A program made the position numbers and the translations under genes. The notes under the pieces were generated by a model that was given only the letters and a program-made list of their open reading frames with translations, was not told where the DNA came from and searched no databases. From contig RDEW01000001.1 in the NCBI GenBank assembly GCA_011109175.1, forward strand, positions 892,171-938,706: a stretch of DNA of 46,536 nt. The letters are read 5' to 3'. This DNA is from Dicyema japonicum (lineage: Eukaryota; Animalia; Dicyemida). Below, piece after piece: positions 23,887 through 38,489 of the stretch. Position 1 is the stretch's first letter. Every line of letters begins with the position of its first letter.

Positions 23887-24169
23887 CACGGCGTATAAAT
23901 TATTCTCTTGACAGCTGAAAGGCTCAAATATAAAATAAGAATTAACTCAGGAATCATTGGATCACAAGAGGAATGCCTATTCCGTCAGATTGGGTCAATG
24001 ATTTATAAAGTCAACAAGGATATCTTCGAGACTAGATGACTTCGAGACGAATCTCAAAAGCTATTATCGATTGAAACATCAAGCCCACTTAATCAAAATT
24101 AAGTTTACTATTTTTAAAAATAATAAATTTTTTTTATCACAATAAATTATTTTAAAATGAATTAAATTT

Positions 24170-25750
24170 TAGTCAACTGTGTAGTTTCTGTTTGTTCGTT
24201 TGTTCCTTCTCTTTCTTCCTTCTTTATCCTCAATAAGATCGAAGAGAACAAAGCCGATTAACTTTATCTCACATTCAGATATCGGTGATGGTTTGAAGAG
24301 GATGAATTCTTCCCTTTCATGTGGGCCAAATTCTATCCCTGGTATTTTACTAAAACACCTTGGACCAATTGCGATTGATGCAATCACAGTGATATTCAAC
24401 TATTCAATAAACATGAATACAATTTCAACTATCTGGAAACTGTCCTATATACGCCCAATCCTTAAGCCTGGAAAGCCTAAAAACAATCCTGCATCATTTC
24501 GACCAATCTCGTTGCTATGCACCTTATCAAAGTTATTGGAAAAAATTGATTCTTAACCTTATAACCCCGTTCCTTCCTTTTTCGACCTCACAACATGGAT
24601 TTAGAAGGGGTCATTCAACTTTCACTCACCTAACTTCCCTCAACCGATTTATCATTGAAGGCTTTAACACAAATCCTCGTCACCTCAAAACAGTCATCTG
24701 TTCGATCGATTTACAAAAGGCCTTCGACTCTGTCTCAAGGAAAATCCTAACTCGGAAATTGTTTGTTCTCCCCGTCAACCCCAATATAAAACTTTGGCTT
24801 GCTAACTTCATATATGGAAGAAGGGCCCGGGTATACATGGATGGGACCAAATCAATTTCAAGATTACTACCCAATGGTGTCCCACAAGGTTTCCCTTTAT
24901 CACCCGCCTTATTTAACTTATACATGTCCGATTTACCGCAACCCGAAAATAAAGACGACTTCATCCTTTCATATGCTGATGACTTATTAATCGGATCCCG
25001 CGACAAAGATATCCCAAAGGCATCAGAAAGACTACAAGAATACCTTCACAAGATTCAAATTTGGCTAAATTATAACCGGCTTGATAAATCTACTGAAAAA
25101 TCTTCTTCGTCTTTATTTACTACAGACAAAAGACTTGGACAAATGACAGTGGATATTTTTATCAACCAGACAAAAATACCTTTCACGAAGAAACTGAAAA
25201 TCTTGGGGATCACCTTCGACACACACATGTCTTTTTCACCTCACGTCGAAAGCTATGGATAATCAAAACTATTTTCGGTTGCATTAAAAACTTTTTCCCA
25301 GCTTTGAAATTGTTGTACAAACAATTCATTGAGCTTTCTGTCAGCTATGCCTGTACGTCATGGGGAATCAATCTGTCCTGGACGAACAAACAAAGAATCC
25401 GGGACATTCAGGCCTTAACAGCCACTACTATTAGTAATCTCGGGAAACTAGAAAAACTAATACCCTCATCACTTGAAGACCTTATCCGACAAAATGGTAA
25501 ATGATTTGCTACCCTGTGCAAGCAGTGCAACTCTCAACAATACACAGCCACGACGTGTCTTATAAAAAGGGTATACATCACCCCTCTCCAATTCCTATTC
25601 CCGAAACCACCCCGCCCACAGAGAAGTTGTGTTGGATCCCAGAAGGCGCACGAGGAGAAAATGAGAATTCTGATTGATTCCTTCGAGATCACTTAATTAA
25701 TTTAGTAATTAAATTTTCTATTGGTGTTCTTGGGTTAAAAATAATAATTA
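24170..25750 (+). mobile_element. 5'-truncated I/Jockey-group LINE with nearly intact RT
   Basis: ORFs 24200-24556 and 24546-25262: CGPNSIP...WKLSYIRPILKPGK...SFRPISLLCTLSKLLEK / QHGFRRGHST...IDLQKAFDSV...GVPQGFPLSPALFNLY...YADD...LGITFD; frameshift in an A6 run at 24540-24545; ends GATCACTTAATT...GGTGTTCTTGGGTTAAAAATAAT. Confidence 0.95.
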
Positions 25751-26125
25751 GAGTGGCGTCATGTGATTTACTAGTATGGGTGGCACCCAGTGCCAGGCCG
25801 GCATGAAAAAGGATCATTTGCTCTCCCCCACTCCACTGGAGGGGTTTCCACAACTGCAAGAATGGACGTCTTACCATTTATGTTGATTCCGGGTGGACTC
25901 TGTTTCTGTAGAAGTGGAAACTGGATACACTTAATTAGTTGTTTACTTTATTTAACTTCTCGGTGTATCCGGGGTTATTAAATTAAACAACCATCCAGAG
26001 GAGTTCACCCTGGACGGCATCTCCTTCAAGTTCGATCATGCAAAGAAGGATTATGGTCCCTTGATCACCTGAATTTTTTCATTCTGGCTAGGTCGGTGTT
26101 TTTCTGGTTCAATAAATTTAAATAT
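25750..26125 (+). mobile_element. Two further stacked LINE-like 3' ends (25750-25990 and 25990-26125)
   Basis: Each ends in (C/G)TCGGTGT-N-GG(G)TT-W-TAAATT directly after the previous element's tail. Confidence 0.6.
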
Positions 26126-26179
26126 CGTTTATTTAACTGTGTGAGGCAATACTTGGGTTTTTTCAACTGTACGTTTAAT

Positions 26180-26760
26180 ACCCTTTTTTATTGGAATGAA
26201 CTGAGTCAAATATTATCCTCACGGGGAAACTTTATACGTGTACTATAGAGATCGATGGAGGCTACTTGAACATATACTAGGATTGGATTTGAGGGCTTGG
26301 CAAGCGTGAAATCTGAAAACAACATTGACGGAAAAGTCTTACACTATGATCTCTGAAGGATTAGGAAGCTACTCATGTCCGTAGAAGTTATCGACGAACT
26401 ATGCACACAACGAGCAGATTGAAATTTAAGGAATAGTTTCTCGAGTTGCACGTGCCTTGTCTTGGTCACCAAGATACAATGAAAAGAGAGAGGTGGGAAT
26501 ATTTAAACATATTCTCAGAATAAATCCAACAGAATTCATGCTATGGAAGCATACCATGAGTGCACTCGAGGATATAGAGGACGACTCAGACACACATTAA
26601 AAAGGACCTAGGAGCTCAAAAAGAGAAGCTAGAAGACTTGAAAACCTTGATGACCTCTACGAAATTGCATCCTCGAGAGGATCGTGGTGCCTCCGACAGT
26701 CAGTATTCTGCCACAAGCGACGAGAAAATCTCACTCAGTTTATGTTAACTTGGTGTATCC
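26180..26760 (+). mobile_element. RTE-like LINE C-terminal fragments
   Basis: RWRLLEHILGLD, YRGRLRHTL and LENLDDLYEIASSRGSW resemble the RTE-type ORF end. Confidence 0.55.
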
Positions 26761-28019
26761 TATATCTTCCGTAGATCAACAAGAGAAGTTACATCCATCT
26801 TAAGACATTTGTAGTGGATACCTTCTAACTTTAACCTTACTAAAGTACTATATAAGAATAAGACACCCACGTGACTAAATATACCATCACTAGTGACTGA
26901 TAAGCCAATTATACACAATAATTCTATCACGTGGACGACTGTCAGTGTCGATGACAATCTCCACTCAGTCAGCACAAACTGGGATAACAAATAGATCAGG
27001 TCCCTTCTCCACAAGTGCATCGTTCGCCCTTCAAACATGATCTTGTTTTAAAGGTACATTAACAAAATTTATTTCCTAACAACTAAGAAATTCAGACCAG
27101 CACGTGCTAGGTAACGTTGGTAATAGAAACGTAAATTCTTATATCAAAAAGTATATTTTATAGGATTCGCACAGGAAATCTCACTGATAAGTCACGTGGG
27201 TGACTCTCGAACCCCCATTGTTTTGCCACCTCGACGACCCATTCTCAAATGTTGTCTCTGCGTCACAAAATAAGCTAAAAAGATACTCAATCTTGGAGAT
27301 CTATACCACCCCCTCAAAATCGTAACTTTGGATCAAAGGAGACCCTTGTGCAGAGGATAGACATCACATGAGTAATACCCCCATTTATTTGCAAAATGAT
27401 GGAATATCCACTAACCAATCATATGGTTGAACTAAAGGTGCGACCCTCCTAAGAATATCCAAGAACATACTTCTCAATATAGACAGTTTAAAGAGGCCTG
27501 TCTAAATGCCACACGTGCATTACAGTTAGTATGAATATATGGTTTTTAGTAATAGTGACAAACATGTAGGCGTCATCAGTTAAATATAAAATCATGATTA
27601 CCCAATAAAAACAACACATAATATGCTATATTGGATAAATTCAACGAATGGATTAGTTCATCATACGCCTAAACTAAATAAGAATATTAATTTAAACTAC
27701 AACCAACATAAGTACCACGTGAAAACACACTTTAAAATTTTAAATATATTTGTTTGTTCGATAATTAAATTTAAATAAATTATTTATGTTTACCATATAT
27801 ATTAGCTCAAAAAAATTTAATTATAAACATTCTCAAAGTATTTATTAAATAAAATAAAAATTTTCAAAATAGTTGGGAACGGTAGCCTGGCGCTCGTCCT
27901 GTAGCCATTACCAAACAACCAAGCAAACTATTTGGTAGTTGCAATTTATTCAGAAATAGCTAATAAATGGAAATTCTATTACAGATGTATGGAATTTATA
28001 ATAGCTTAATATGTCTCAG

Positions 28020-28150
28020 ACAACCATTCCGTACCTGTATGATCTTAATCCCTATTCAGGCCAAAGTGGTCTTCACCTTTCCTTTCTCTACTTTCGGTAC
28101 CTAGATCACCATTTAGAACTTCAGTAATCATAATCCGCGGACATCCGTAA
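28020..28150 (-). mobile_element. Possible RTE-like C-terminal fragment
   Basis: Minus frame EVLNGDLGTESRERKGEDHFGLNRD resembles the R.RGRP..W motif; weak. Confidence 0.3.
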
Positions 28151-28569
28151 AATCAAATATATTAGTGTCTTTCCAAACATACACAGTATTTATTATGTAG
28201 GTAGGAAAAAACGATAGTCACTGAGTGATAACTTCAGGTATTTAGCAACTCACACATGATCATGCTTGGAAAGGGTCAGACACTGAAAATAAGTACGAAA
28301 GTCATTGTGACAGTTCATTTTGAACGAGTCGCAGTAGAAACCTCGGGGTTATTGGAACCAGATCACTAACCATGCTAAACCGTATTGAATTGATTATCAT
28401 GAGAAGGAAGAGGAATAGACGAGAGAAAAGTTCGTTTATTGATTCCATCTGTAGAATAATCCCTATATAATCCTAATACCTGTCAAACACATAACCTGAT
28501 TATTCTTTGATGTCAGTAATCATATGTGACGTATTAAAATGCGGTATAAGGCTTCAAAAGTATTATTAA

Positions 28570-28870
28570 TGAAGCCTGTTCTGCCCTGAGAAAACCGAGA
28601 GGTTGAAACGGGCAAAGTACACGGTCCTACCCAATGATTTTTTGTCCGTTCCACTCGCCCAAGTACAAGTTCTATACAGTTTGATTTTTTGTCCGTTCCG
28701 AGACGTCTGGATCCCTTGCATCTGCGACGCTGGAATTCTTGAGTCGCCTATGGAATCGGATTTCTACAAGATTAGGAGACCCCCGTAAGCGCTGCTAGTT
28801 ATTTGACTGAATCTCGCTCGCCATCCTAAGAGTGAATAGCCACGCAGTCAAGGCGGCCGCTATATGACCA
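28570..28870 (+). mobile_element. CRE 3' end, second subfamily
   Basis: EKTERLKRAKYTVLPNDFLSVPLA / ETSGSLASATLEFLSRLWNRISTRLGDPRKRC*LFD*ISLAILRVNSHAV. Confidence 0.8.
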
Positions 28871-29603
28871 TTTGCTCATTTTTTAAATTAATAAATTGTT
28901 TTTATTATTAATTCAATATTCAATTTACTTGAAGGTCAAATTTTCAAAATAACGGAATAAATAATTAATAAGGTCATAATTATAATCAGATAACTTTTAA
29001 TTTTTTGAATAAAAACCACAAATGACTTTTCGTTCCAATTACTAAAGTATATTTCAAGGAATAATAAATCTACCAATATGCCCCATTTTTTGATAAATCG
29101 CTGATGTACATTCATCACAAATTGTCTTTATCTACTCACGATGTTCCTATTTCTCTTATGGATGGACAAATCGGTGGATATTGGTTATATATTTTTTGGA
29201 ATGAGGAAGCGCCGAATACACCATCCTCTTGGTTTGAATCTCGTCTAAAAGAAATTGTGGAAACTTAGACAAATCCACCTATGGCATTATCAAGGGAAAA
29301 ATAAGTTAGATTATTTACTCCCAAGAGTTCTTAATGATAATACTGTTCCCCCTGTGTCGCCTTAGCACAAATCTAACGCTCACTAACTTCTCGTCCTCTC
29401 TTTCAAGTGTCCTAGTTCATAACATTTCAAAATTCCCTGCTATTCAGAGTATCTTGAGGCTTAATTTACCATGGAATTATTTTTATAAAAATTACTTCAG
29501 AACAGAAAAATGTCTGAAGTAATAAAAACACCTATTTCTGCTCGTTTCTGATGGAAAAAATAAATTAAGATATAGATTTATTCGAATAGAGAAAAGTTCG
29601 AAT

Positions 29604-31030
29604 TCAGTGCTTGGTTCTCTTACTATCGCGGATTTCATCAAAAAGTAAAGCGTCGATAGAAAAGTCCTTTTTTATGGGAGAATTGGCATTTTTTGCTGGA
29701 TCTAATTTGCTTATCCGGCGTGGAACTATGCATGTCATCTCTTTGTTTTTCAATTTTGATTTAACGAAAATCTGATCGAATCTGAAACGTTCGAATATTT
29801 CCATTTGTTCAGGCAATGAAATTGCCTTTAAATCATTTTCTATTTTCTTTAAAACCTCTTTTGGAGGTATTCGTGGATCATATCCTTCTGAATGTCTTTT
29901 AAAGACTTCCCAATGATCACCTAATGTCATTATATCCTTGGTTTCTGGAAATTCCTCGACAATTTGTGGTTCAGGGTTAACGTTTGAAGTGACAGGATCC
30001 GCATTTGAGCTTCTAGCCAGCTTTCTTGATACTTTCTTCCTGAGTTTTGCGAGATTAGTTAACTTTGGAATTCTAATTTCCCTAGCTGGGCCATCCACCT
30101 TGACTTCTACTTCAAAATTGAGGACATGGTCATTCTTTGAACCAAAATATTCAATCAGGTCCTTCAAAATGACTTTTTCTGGCATCTCATTTTGATTGTA
30201 AAATATCCTTATCTTTAGTTTAATAATTCCAACAAAAACCTTAGGAGAACCGGCGAGAAGATATTTGTAGCAAATATGTGTCTTCAACGTACCAATGGAA
30301 GTCTCAGAGGGAAATAAAAGCATGTGACAGTTGACCTAAATTTTTATGGAATTCAAAAACATTAAAATCTGCTCCTGTGTTGGTTTTTGATGATTTCAAT
30401 TCATAGCAGAATGTTATGAAGCGATAGCTCACGTAAATCATGTTATGAAATCGTTTCTTAGGCTTCAGTCGAGGAGCATCACTCTCTACGTCTGATATCA
30501 TCATTTTAAAGGAACTTGTGGAGAGATCTGACTGATTTTCTAAAATTTAGAACTCCAAGTACTTTGCTGGATAATTCTCGCGATATTTCTTAGCACCGAG
30601 TCCTCTCTAAATCGCAATTAGGGTAATTATGCGGAACTACTTTAAGCTGATTGTTGTTACGACAACGCTGCAGATTGGACAGTTCACTGACGTCCTTAGA
30701 TGATCATAAATGCAATTTTCACAAACTGGGGGATAAAATAATTTTAATGAATCATAAAATAGCCTTAAACACACAGCACAATTGTTGCGGTTAACACAGT
30801 GACAATAAATCTACTTTAACATAAATTAAACTGACAAAACACGTGCTTAATGGTAAAGCATGATTTAGAAAGTGCATTTATGCAAACAGCAAGATTTGAG
30901 CTGATAAATCAAATATAATACAGGAATGAGGACAATCTGACGAAGAAATTGGGTTTTCCATGATTTTGCAACAAATTGAACAGTTTAGAAGACTCTCAAT
31001 GTCCCGAGAGAACAGTGAACGGATGTCCAT
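29604..31030 (-). CDS. Polycomb-group RING finger (PCGF/BMI1/Psc-like) protein, about 373 aa; exons 31030-30922, 30725-30641, 30606-30563, 30539-30361, 30335-30240, 30212-29604
   Basis: Splicing gives the C3HC4 RING CSICCKIMENPISSSDCPHSFCENCIYDHLRTSVNCPIC, then LKEDSVLRNIARII, then a RAWUL-like segment FITFCYEL...MLLFPSETSIGTLKTHICYKY...IRIFYNQNEMPEKVILKDL. Introns of 196, 34, 23, 25 and 27 nt are all GT-AG with consistent phases. Family assignment is from recalled motif similarity; start codon and last intron are uncertain. Confidence 0.72.
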
Positions 31031-32559
31031 AGAATCTGAGAATTGACGCTGGCAGATCAATTTTATAACGCTCAGTTAACGTAAGTCCGGTAACCGCATT
31101 ATTTCACCAATAAAATGCGACATTGGCCACTCCCTCTGTTTTTAGATAGTCCTCATCCACCGAAATCAAAAATCTAGCAAAAAAGTTTGTTCTCCCATAT
31201 TTAGTGACAAACAACTCCTGATTGATGTGATAAATGAACGAGAAAATACAATGCTGTGTCTTATTTTTGTGGTTATCTATTACCTCAATTTGCTTTGAAT
31301 TAGAATTTATGATAATTTTAGCTCACAAATACCGCAAATTATTTAGTGCATTCGTTTAACCACCATCACACCCAAAGGATGTAAAGGTAACCATATAGTT
31401 TATCTTGACTTATTTGGAAGCTGAAACAATAACATCAGCAAAAAATCATTCTCCAGGTTCCAATATATAGTCGGTATTCCCATGGACGATGCTTATTTGC
31501 TGTGAAAATCATGCCGTTCAGGAAAACCTATGATTCGTGTGGCAATCGCATTTCGTCGACGATTCCTTTAACCATTCTCTCAGCAGACGTTTAGAAGAAT
31601 TCAGGACGAACTTAACTAAGAACTTCTGTGAATTCAATTTTAGCTGCATTGCCTGCTCGCTGCATTGCCTTTTCGTTGGTTAGGAAAAGTCGATAGGAGA
31701 TCTTTTCTATGAGATTTTCAGTTATTGAAAGTTGCAGTAGATTATTTACTCTGTAGAACCTATATATTCTTAATGATTTTACTAACTCAGAAATGACCAA
31801 ATAGTGTTGAAACCGAGTTATTATGTGATCACAGTTTACATACGCTCTGATGTACCAAATTTAATTTTTTTAAAATTTTGCGTCCATTTTTTTAGAGAAA
31901 GTTAATCTGCCTTCTCGACATCGTCTAATACAGCCTAGCTGAGGATTTCTATGGCAATTAACAGAGACGCCAAGGTCCTAAACAATTGCTCCAGATTGAC
32001 GTTTTCAAAAAAAGGTTTCCAGGCGGTGATTTAACCCACAGATCTAGTAGACCCTGAAGAAGTTGAGAACTCTCCTAAAATCAAAGTCATTAAGTTATTA
32101 ACTAGACAACATGGAGAACTCCTTGAAGATACAAACTTGTAGAGCCTGTTAGTTTAATTTTCAAAAAAATCTGTTAATAAAAATTTTCAACAAACTAGTG
32201 AATCAGATTTTTAGCTCACACAGGATCAGTCTTGGAAAAGGCTGATACCTTAAAGTAAAAGAAATACGAATGTCGCTGTGGATAGTTCATTTTAAATCAG
32301 TAGCCGTGGAAAGTTCTTGAGTCATTGGAGGCAGATCACTGACCCTTCTGAANTGGAAAAGGCTGAGACCTTAAAGTAAAAGAAATACGAATGTCGCTGT
32401 AAATAGTTCATTTTGAAACAGTAGCTGTGGAAAATTCTTGAGTCATTGGAGGCAGATCACTGACCCTTCTGAACCGCATTGGATCACTTATCGGGAAAAA
32501 TGGATAATAGAAAGGGAATTGGCTTGTTGAGTACATTTCAGTCAATCCGGAATCAACAT

Positions 32560-32730
32560 AAAGGGTAACAGATGGCGATACTTGTAATTGTGGAAACCCC
32601 TCCAATGGAGTGGGGAAGAGAAAATGATTTTTTCATGCCAGCCAGGCTCTGGGTGCCACCTAAACACGTGGATCACATGACGCCACAACCTCAACCAATT
32701 AGTCACTTAGCACCACATGGCGCCACGCGG
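32560..32730 (-). mobile_element. Copy of the ~250-bp LINE-end unit
   Basis: Reverse complement matches the 6060-6200 and 25760-25900 segments. Confidence 0.7.
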
Positions 32731-32991
32731 AATCTTTTATAGGGAAATCTTGGATTTTAATAAATCGTAAATTTAGAATCGTAGATTGTAGTTTACCCTG
32801 GTTATATCGAGAAATATTAAAATTTTGACAATTATTAAGGATACGTCATGTTTTGAAGTTAATAAACAATAATAAAAATTTGTCACATCTGTGACAAGTG
32901 ACTGACAATTAAAAGTAAAATATTTTGAAAATGAACTTTTATTTTTTTTTCATTTTTAATCGATATTATTCAAATATCCAATTTCTACATA

Positions 32992-33597
32992 CCGTATTTG
33001 CCGGTGTATAAGTCGACCGTTTTCGATCAAAAATCTACCTAAAAAATCGACCTCGACTTATACACCGAGTCATGAAATTCAACTTTGCATTCATCGCTTC
33101 AAATGTTATGGTAGTTACTACACTCTTCACAAAAAGTTATTAGCCAGTAAGAGCAGAGTAATGTGGTTGCCCCTACAAGGGCAGATATTGTGTTCACTTC
33201 CCTTAAAAAGACATATTATGTGTTCTCGTACGTGGAAGTTGCTCAGTACTTCTTGTGGCCGCCGTTCGCATCGACAACGGCTCAACTCTTCTTGAGATCC
33301 GAAGATGTTGCGAATCGATCTGCAAAGCAGAATCACTCGTCGATCGGCCTTGGACAAACGCTGAGTCGATCCAGGCATCCATACTTCCTGAACTTTCAAG
33401 ATGTTGCGAATCGATCTGCAAAGTTGAATCAATCGTCGATCGGCCTTGGACAAACGCTGAGTCGATCCAGGCATCCATACTTCCTGAACTTTCTCACCCA
33501 GAAGCCGACCTTGGCACTCCAAGAAAATCTGATATATCATAAAATTGTAAATTTCCGTCGAATTTTAGGGGGTCGACTTATACACCGGTAAATACGG
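32992..33597. mobile_element. Non-autonomous pogo/Tigger-type (Tc1/mariner superfamily) TIR element, 606 bp
   Basis: 27-bp TIRs CCGTATTTGCCGGTGTATAAGTCGACC (32992-33018) and GGTCGACTTATACACCGGTAAATACGG (33571-33597) with 1 mismatch, TA on both sides, and a subterminal repeat CGACTTATACACCG near 33054. Confidence 0.9.
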
Positions 33598-34289
33598 TAG
33601 TTGTTAACATAATAGTTAACTCTAATTTTGTCCATTCTTACTCTGGTGCAGATGTTTTTAAGATTCAGTGCTTGACGCAGCAATCAGTGTTTGACGTTGT
33701 AAAGGCAACTTTAATGTCCTCACGCTTTTATATACACGTACATTTGTAAGGGGTACAATAAAAATGATCTTTTCAATTCCCAAGTAAAAAAAGGTGATAT
33801 TAAAAAAAATATTTTAAAATTTATTAAACAATAACTATAATTGCAGGAATTTATCGTGGACTGGAAGTTACCGTTCATTATCGAAAACCTGATGCTCTAG
33901 GAGAGCCATCATGTCCTTTTAGACTATCTTATGTGATCCTCCAAGACGCTCGATCATTTCAACAATTTCTATCGTTAAAGATTAAATTTTATTTTTTGCA
34001 AAATTTGAATGACTACAATTTGGAGAAATTGGAAACTAAATTATATTATTTAGCTAGCCAAGTAGTTAATTGGCCGAAAGGTTGATGTGGTGACGTAGCT
34101 TTATTGCCGAATTCTTTTACAAAGAAAGTGTTGGGTGTCTAAAATTATTCGAACCTCGTTTATCCAAATTTGAAGATCATCTGTCTGACGCTTCATATAT
34201 GATATGTTTCCACATGTGCTGCTAATAGTAATTATTATATCTTAAAAATAAAAAATTTATCTTTTAAGAAAAAAATTCAGTTCTTTAAT

Positions 34290-34800
34290 GTTTTATTCGT
34301 TCTGTGTGGTCGAGAAACAAGTCGTTTCTTCCATTCAAGGTTAGAGGCCTCAAATACACGAAATTTGGAGAAAAACTTACCCCTCTTCTAACTCTAATGA
34401 AAGATGATCGTCGTCTATTCAGGAAAGTGGTGGGTACTCTGGAGGAACATAGGAAAAACCTCTCGATCCTGTTGAGGCGTACCGGGGTCACTTAATTAGT
34501 TGGTTTACTCCTTCTTTTTTAGTGTCCCCTTTTCGGGGATATTAAATAAATAATCTGTCTCATGCGGAACCCAATCCCGGAATGCCATAAAAAAAGATGA
34601 TTTGGTCCTGGTCCATTGAATTATTCTTGTTGGAGTTCCAACGACTGAAAACCTGGACGCTTTCTTCCCTTTCTTTGGTTCTGAAGGGACGTGTGATGTG
34701 GAAAAACTTGTTTCGTCCTCAACTTTAGGAACTTGATATGCTTAGTTGTTAACTTTAACCTCTTTCTCGGCGTATTGGGGGGTTGAATAATTAAAATAAA
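34290..34800 (+). mobile_element. Two stacked LINE-like 3' ends
   Basis: GGGGTCACTTAATTAGTTGG...CGGGGATATTAAATAAA at 34485-34550, then a diverged ~250-bp unit ending CTCGGCGTATTGGGGGTTGAATAATTAAA. Confidence 0.55.
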
Positions 34801-36405
34801 TGTATTAGAGCTACTTCTCTACAATTTGACTAATCCACCGGTGGATCAACCGGAAAAAATAATCTTCATGCATTGTGAGCTGATGGTTAATTGGTTGGAA
34901 GATTGGGGGTGTGACGTAACTATAAAGCACTAAATATTGGTGGAGATCATTGACGGATGGAGATCCTTCCTTCTCTTCTCGTTAGCAGAGACCTAGTGAT
35001 GGACTCGAACTCTCAAAAATTGCATAACACTTTCACCTCCAAAGATCATGATATAGCACGTGCTGAGCTAAAACGGAAGTATTGCAAACAGTGAGTCAGA
35101 TTCTGGGTAGGAAGAGTTATGGAAGAGTCTCAGATATATCCCCCAAAAAGTCATCCGTGCAGTATTTAGTAACAAGTCTAACCCTCAACCAATTGTAGGG
35201 GAAACGTCGCCGGTCTCAGAGAAAACCAATCGACTTTAAAACAGAATTATTTGATTTCAAATTTGCTATCACTAAACTACAACACAGGGTCATCCAGATT
35301 CCATGATTGCCACACCCACGTGAACCTCATATAAATTTTCAATTTCTAGAGATTTCTCAGTCAATCGATGGCTTTATGCTTGGGTTTAAAATCCACGTGA
35401 TGCCGATTAGCTCAGAAACTCCTGGTTATTTGCACTATTAAGAGACCACAACCGCAATAACTAATCTAATTTAATATTAATTATTAGAAAATGCCAACAG
35501 AAAGCATTTATTTAATTTTTATATTTAAGTTGATCTACTTTACCACTGGAGAAGAGCAGTATATAACTTCATCCACGGTTCCTTGTATACGAGACATGTA
35601 GATTGCGATTCCTTTTCAACAATTTTAATGAGCAATGGCACCACTTAAGAGGGGTCGTTGGAGTTGGGTAATCTCCTGATCACGTTGGTCAAACCTCATC
35701 TGGTATTCATTTGGATTAGGATTCCCGAGGGAGTCGTCTTACTTTTGTTTGTAAGCCTACTAAATGTCACTCCAACTTTTTTTACGTAGCTGAGATTTTT
35801 TGGACATTAGACCAAGAGATCAAAGTCCCATGAGGCGCATCCATGGGAAATGAGAAGAGAAGATTGTTTCCCCCTCTCGGTATAAGAATGTCAGTTGAAA
35901 ACAAAGGAGATAATACTGAAACCTGATCGAATATTCCTAATTATTGATCGAATATACCTAAGGCAATTCGTCCCCTTCGACCTCTTTCTCGTTTTCAGTA
36001 TTAATCGGATGTTCGTACATTTCCATAATTTTAAAATCGAATTGTGGTGTGTGTGTTAGCCTGGTCTAACTCAGAATTTTCCTTCACTTAATTAGAGTGG
36101 GCTCCAATGGATCCCTTTTCATTTTTCTTAATAATAAGTGAAATGCGTCAGTCTTTCAATAGTGTGTGCTTAATTATTACGTAATATCTTGCAATTCATT
36201 TACCTTCTTTGGGTTGAACTGTCATCTTCTGGTGGCCTTTCATTTGCCATCGAATTTACGAATAACCTTTCAGGCTTCGACAGTGCATGTAAATTATTTA
36301 AACGATTGCCAGTAAAGTAACATTAATTATAAATTTAAATTAAATTATAAAATAATTAAAAAATATTTTTTAAATAGATTTGTAAATAATTAAATAATAT
36401 TATCG

Positions 36406-38390
<1,985 letters not shown>

Positions 38391-38489
38391 TTTTATTCGA
38401 TTTACTAACCTTCATTTGTTTTTAATGACTAATTCTCGATTATAGGGTTTTTTCATTAGTTTCTATATTAAGCACTATTCTTTTATATA

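Noticed and set aside
24540-24556. Programmed frameshift in the LINE RT
   Set aside because: A single extra A in a homopolymer of a truncated copy that has other lesions; mutation or sequencing error is simpler.
28560-28870. GC-rich block first suspected to be SRP or RNase MRP RNA (GTGAATAGCCAC, TTGACTG/CAGTCAA, repeated TGATTTTTTGTCCGTTCC)
   Set aside because: It translates as a CRE RLE C-terminus (KRAKY...ETSG...ISLAILRVN); the 18-bp repeat is a local duplication.
31400-31800. Minus-strand frame that reads plausibly if TAA/TAG are Gln, as support for a ciliate-type code
   Set aside because: Three stops in about 80 codons is ordinary for non-coding AT-rich DNA, there is no homology to anchor it, and the real genes use TAA/TAG as stops.
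32880-32897. Palindrome TTGTCACA-TC-TGTGACAA and general GTGACA frequency
   Set aside because: A single instance; the rough GTGACA count is only slightly above expectation.
35403-35416. GCCGATTAGCTCAG resembling the tRNA-Lys 5' end
   Set aside because: There is no anticodon arm, T arm or acceptor partner downstream.
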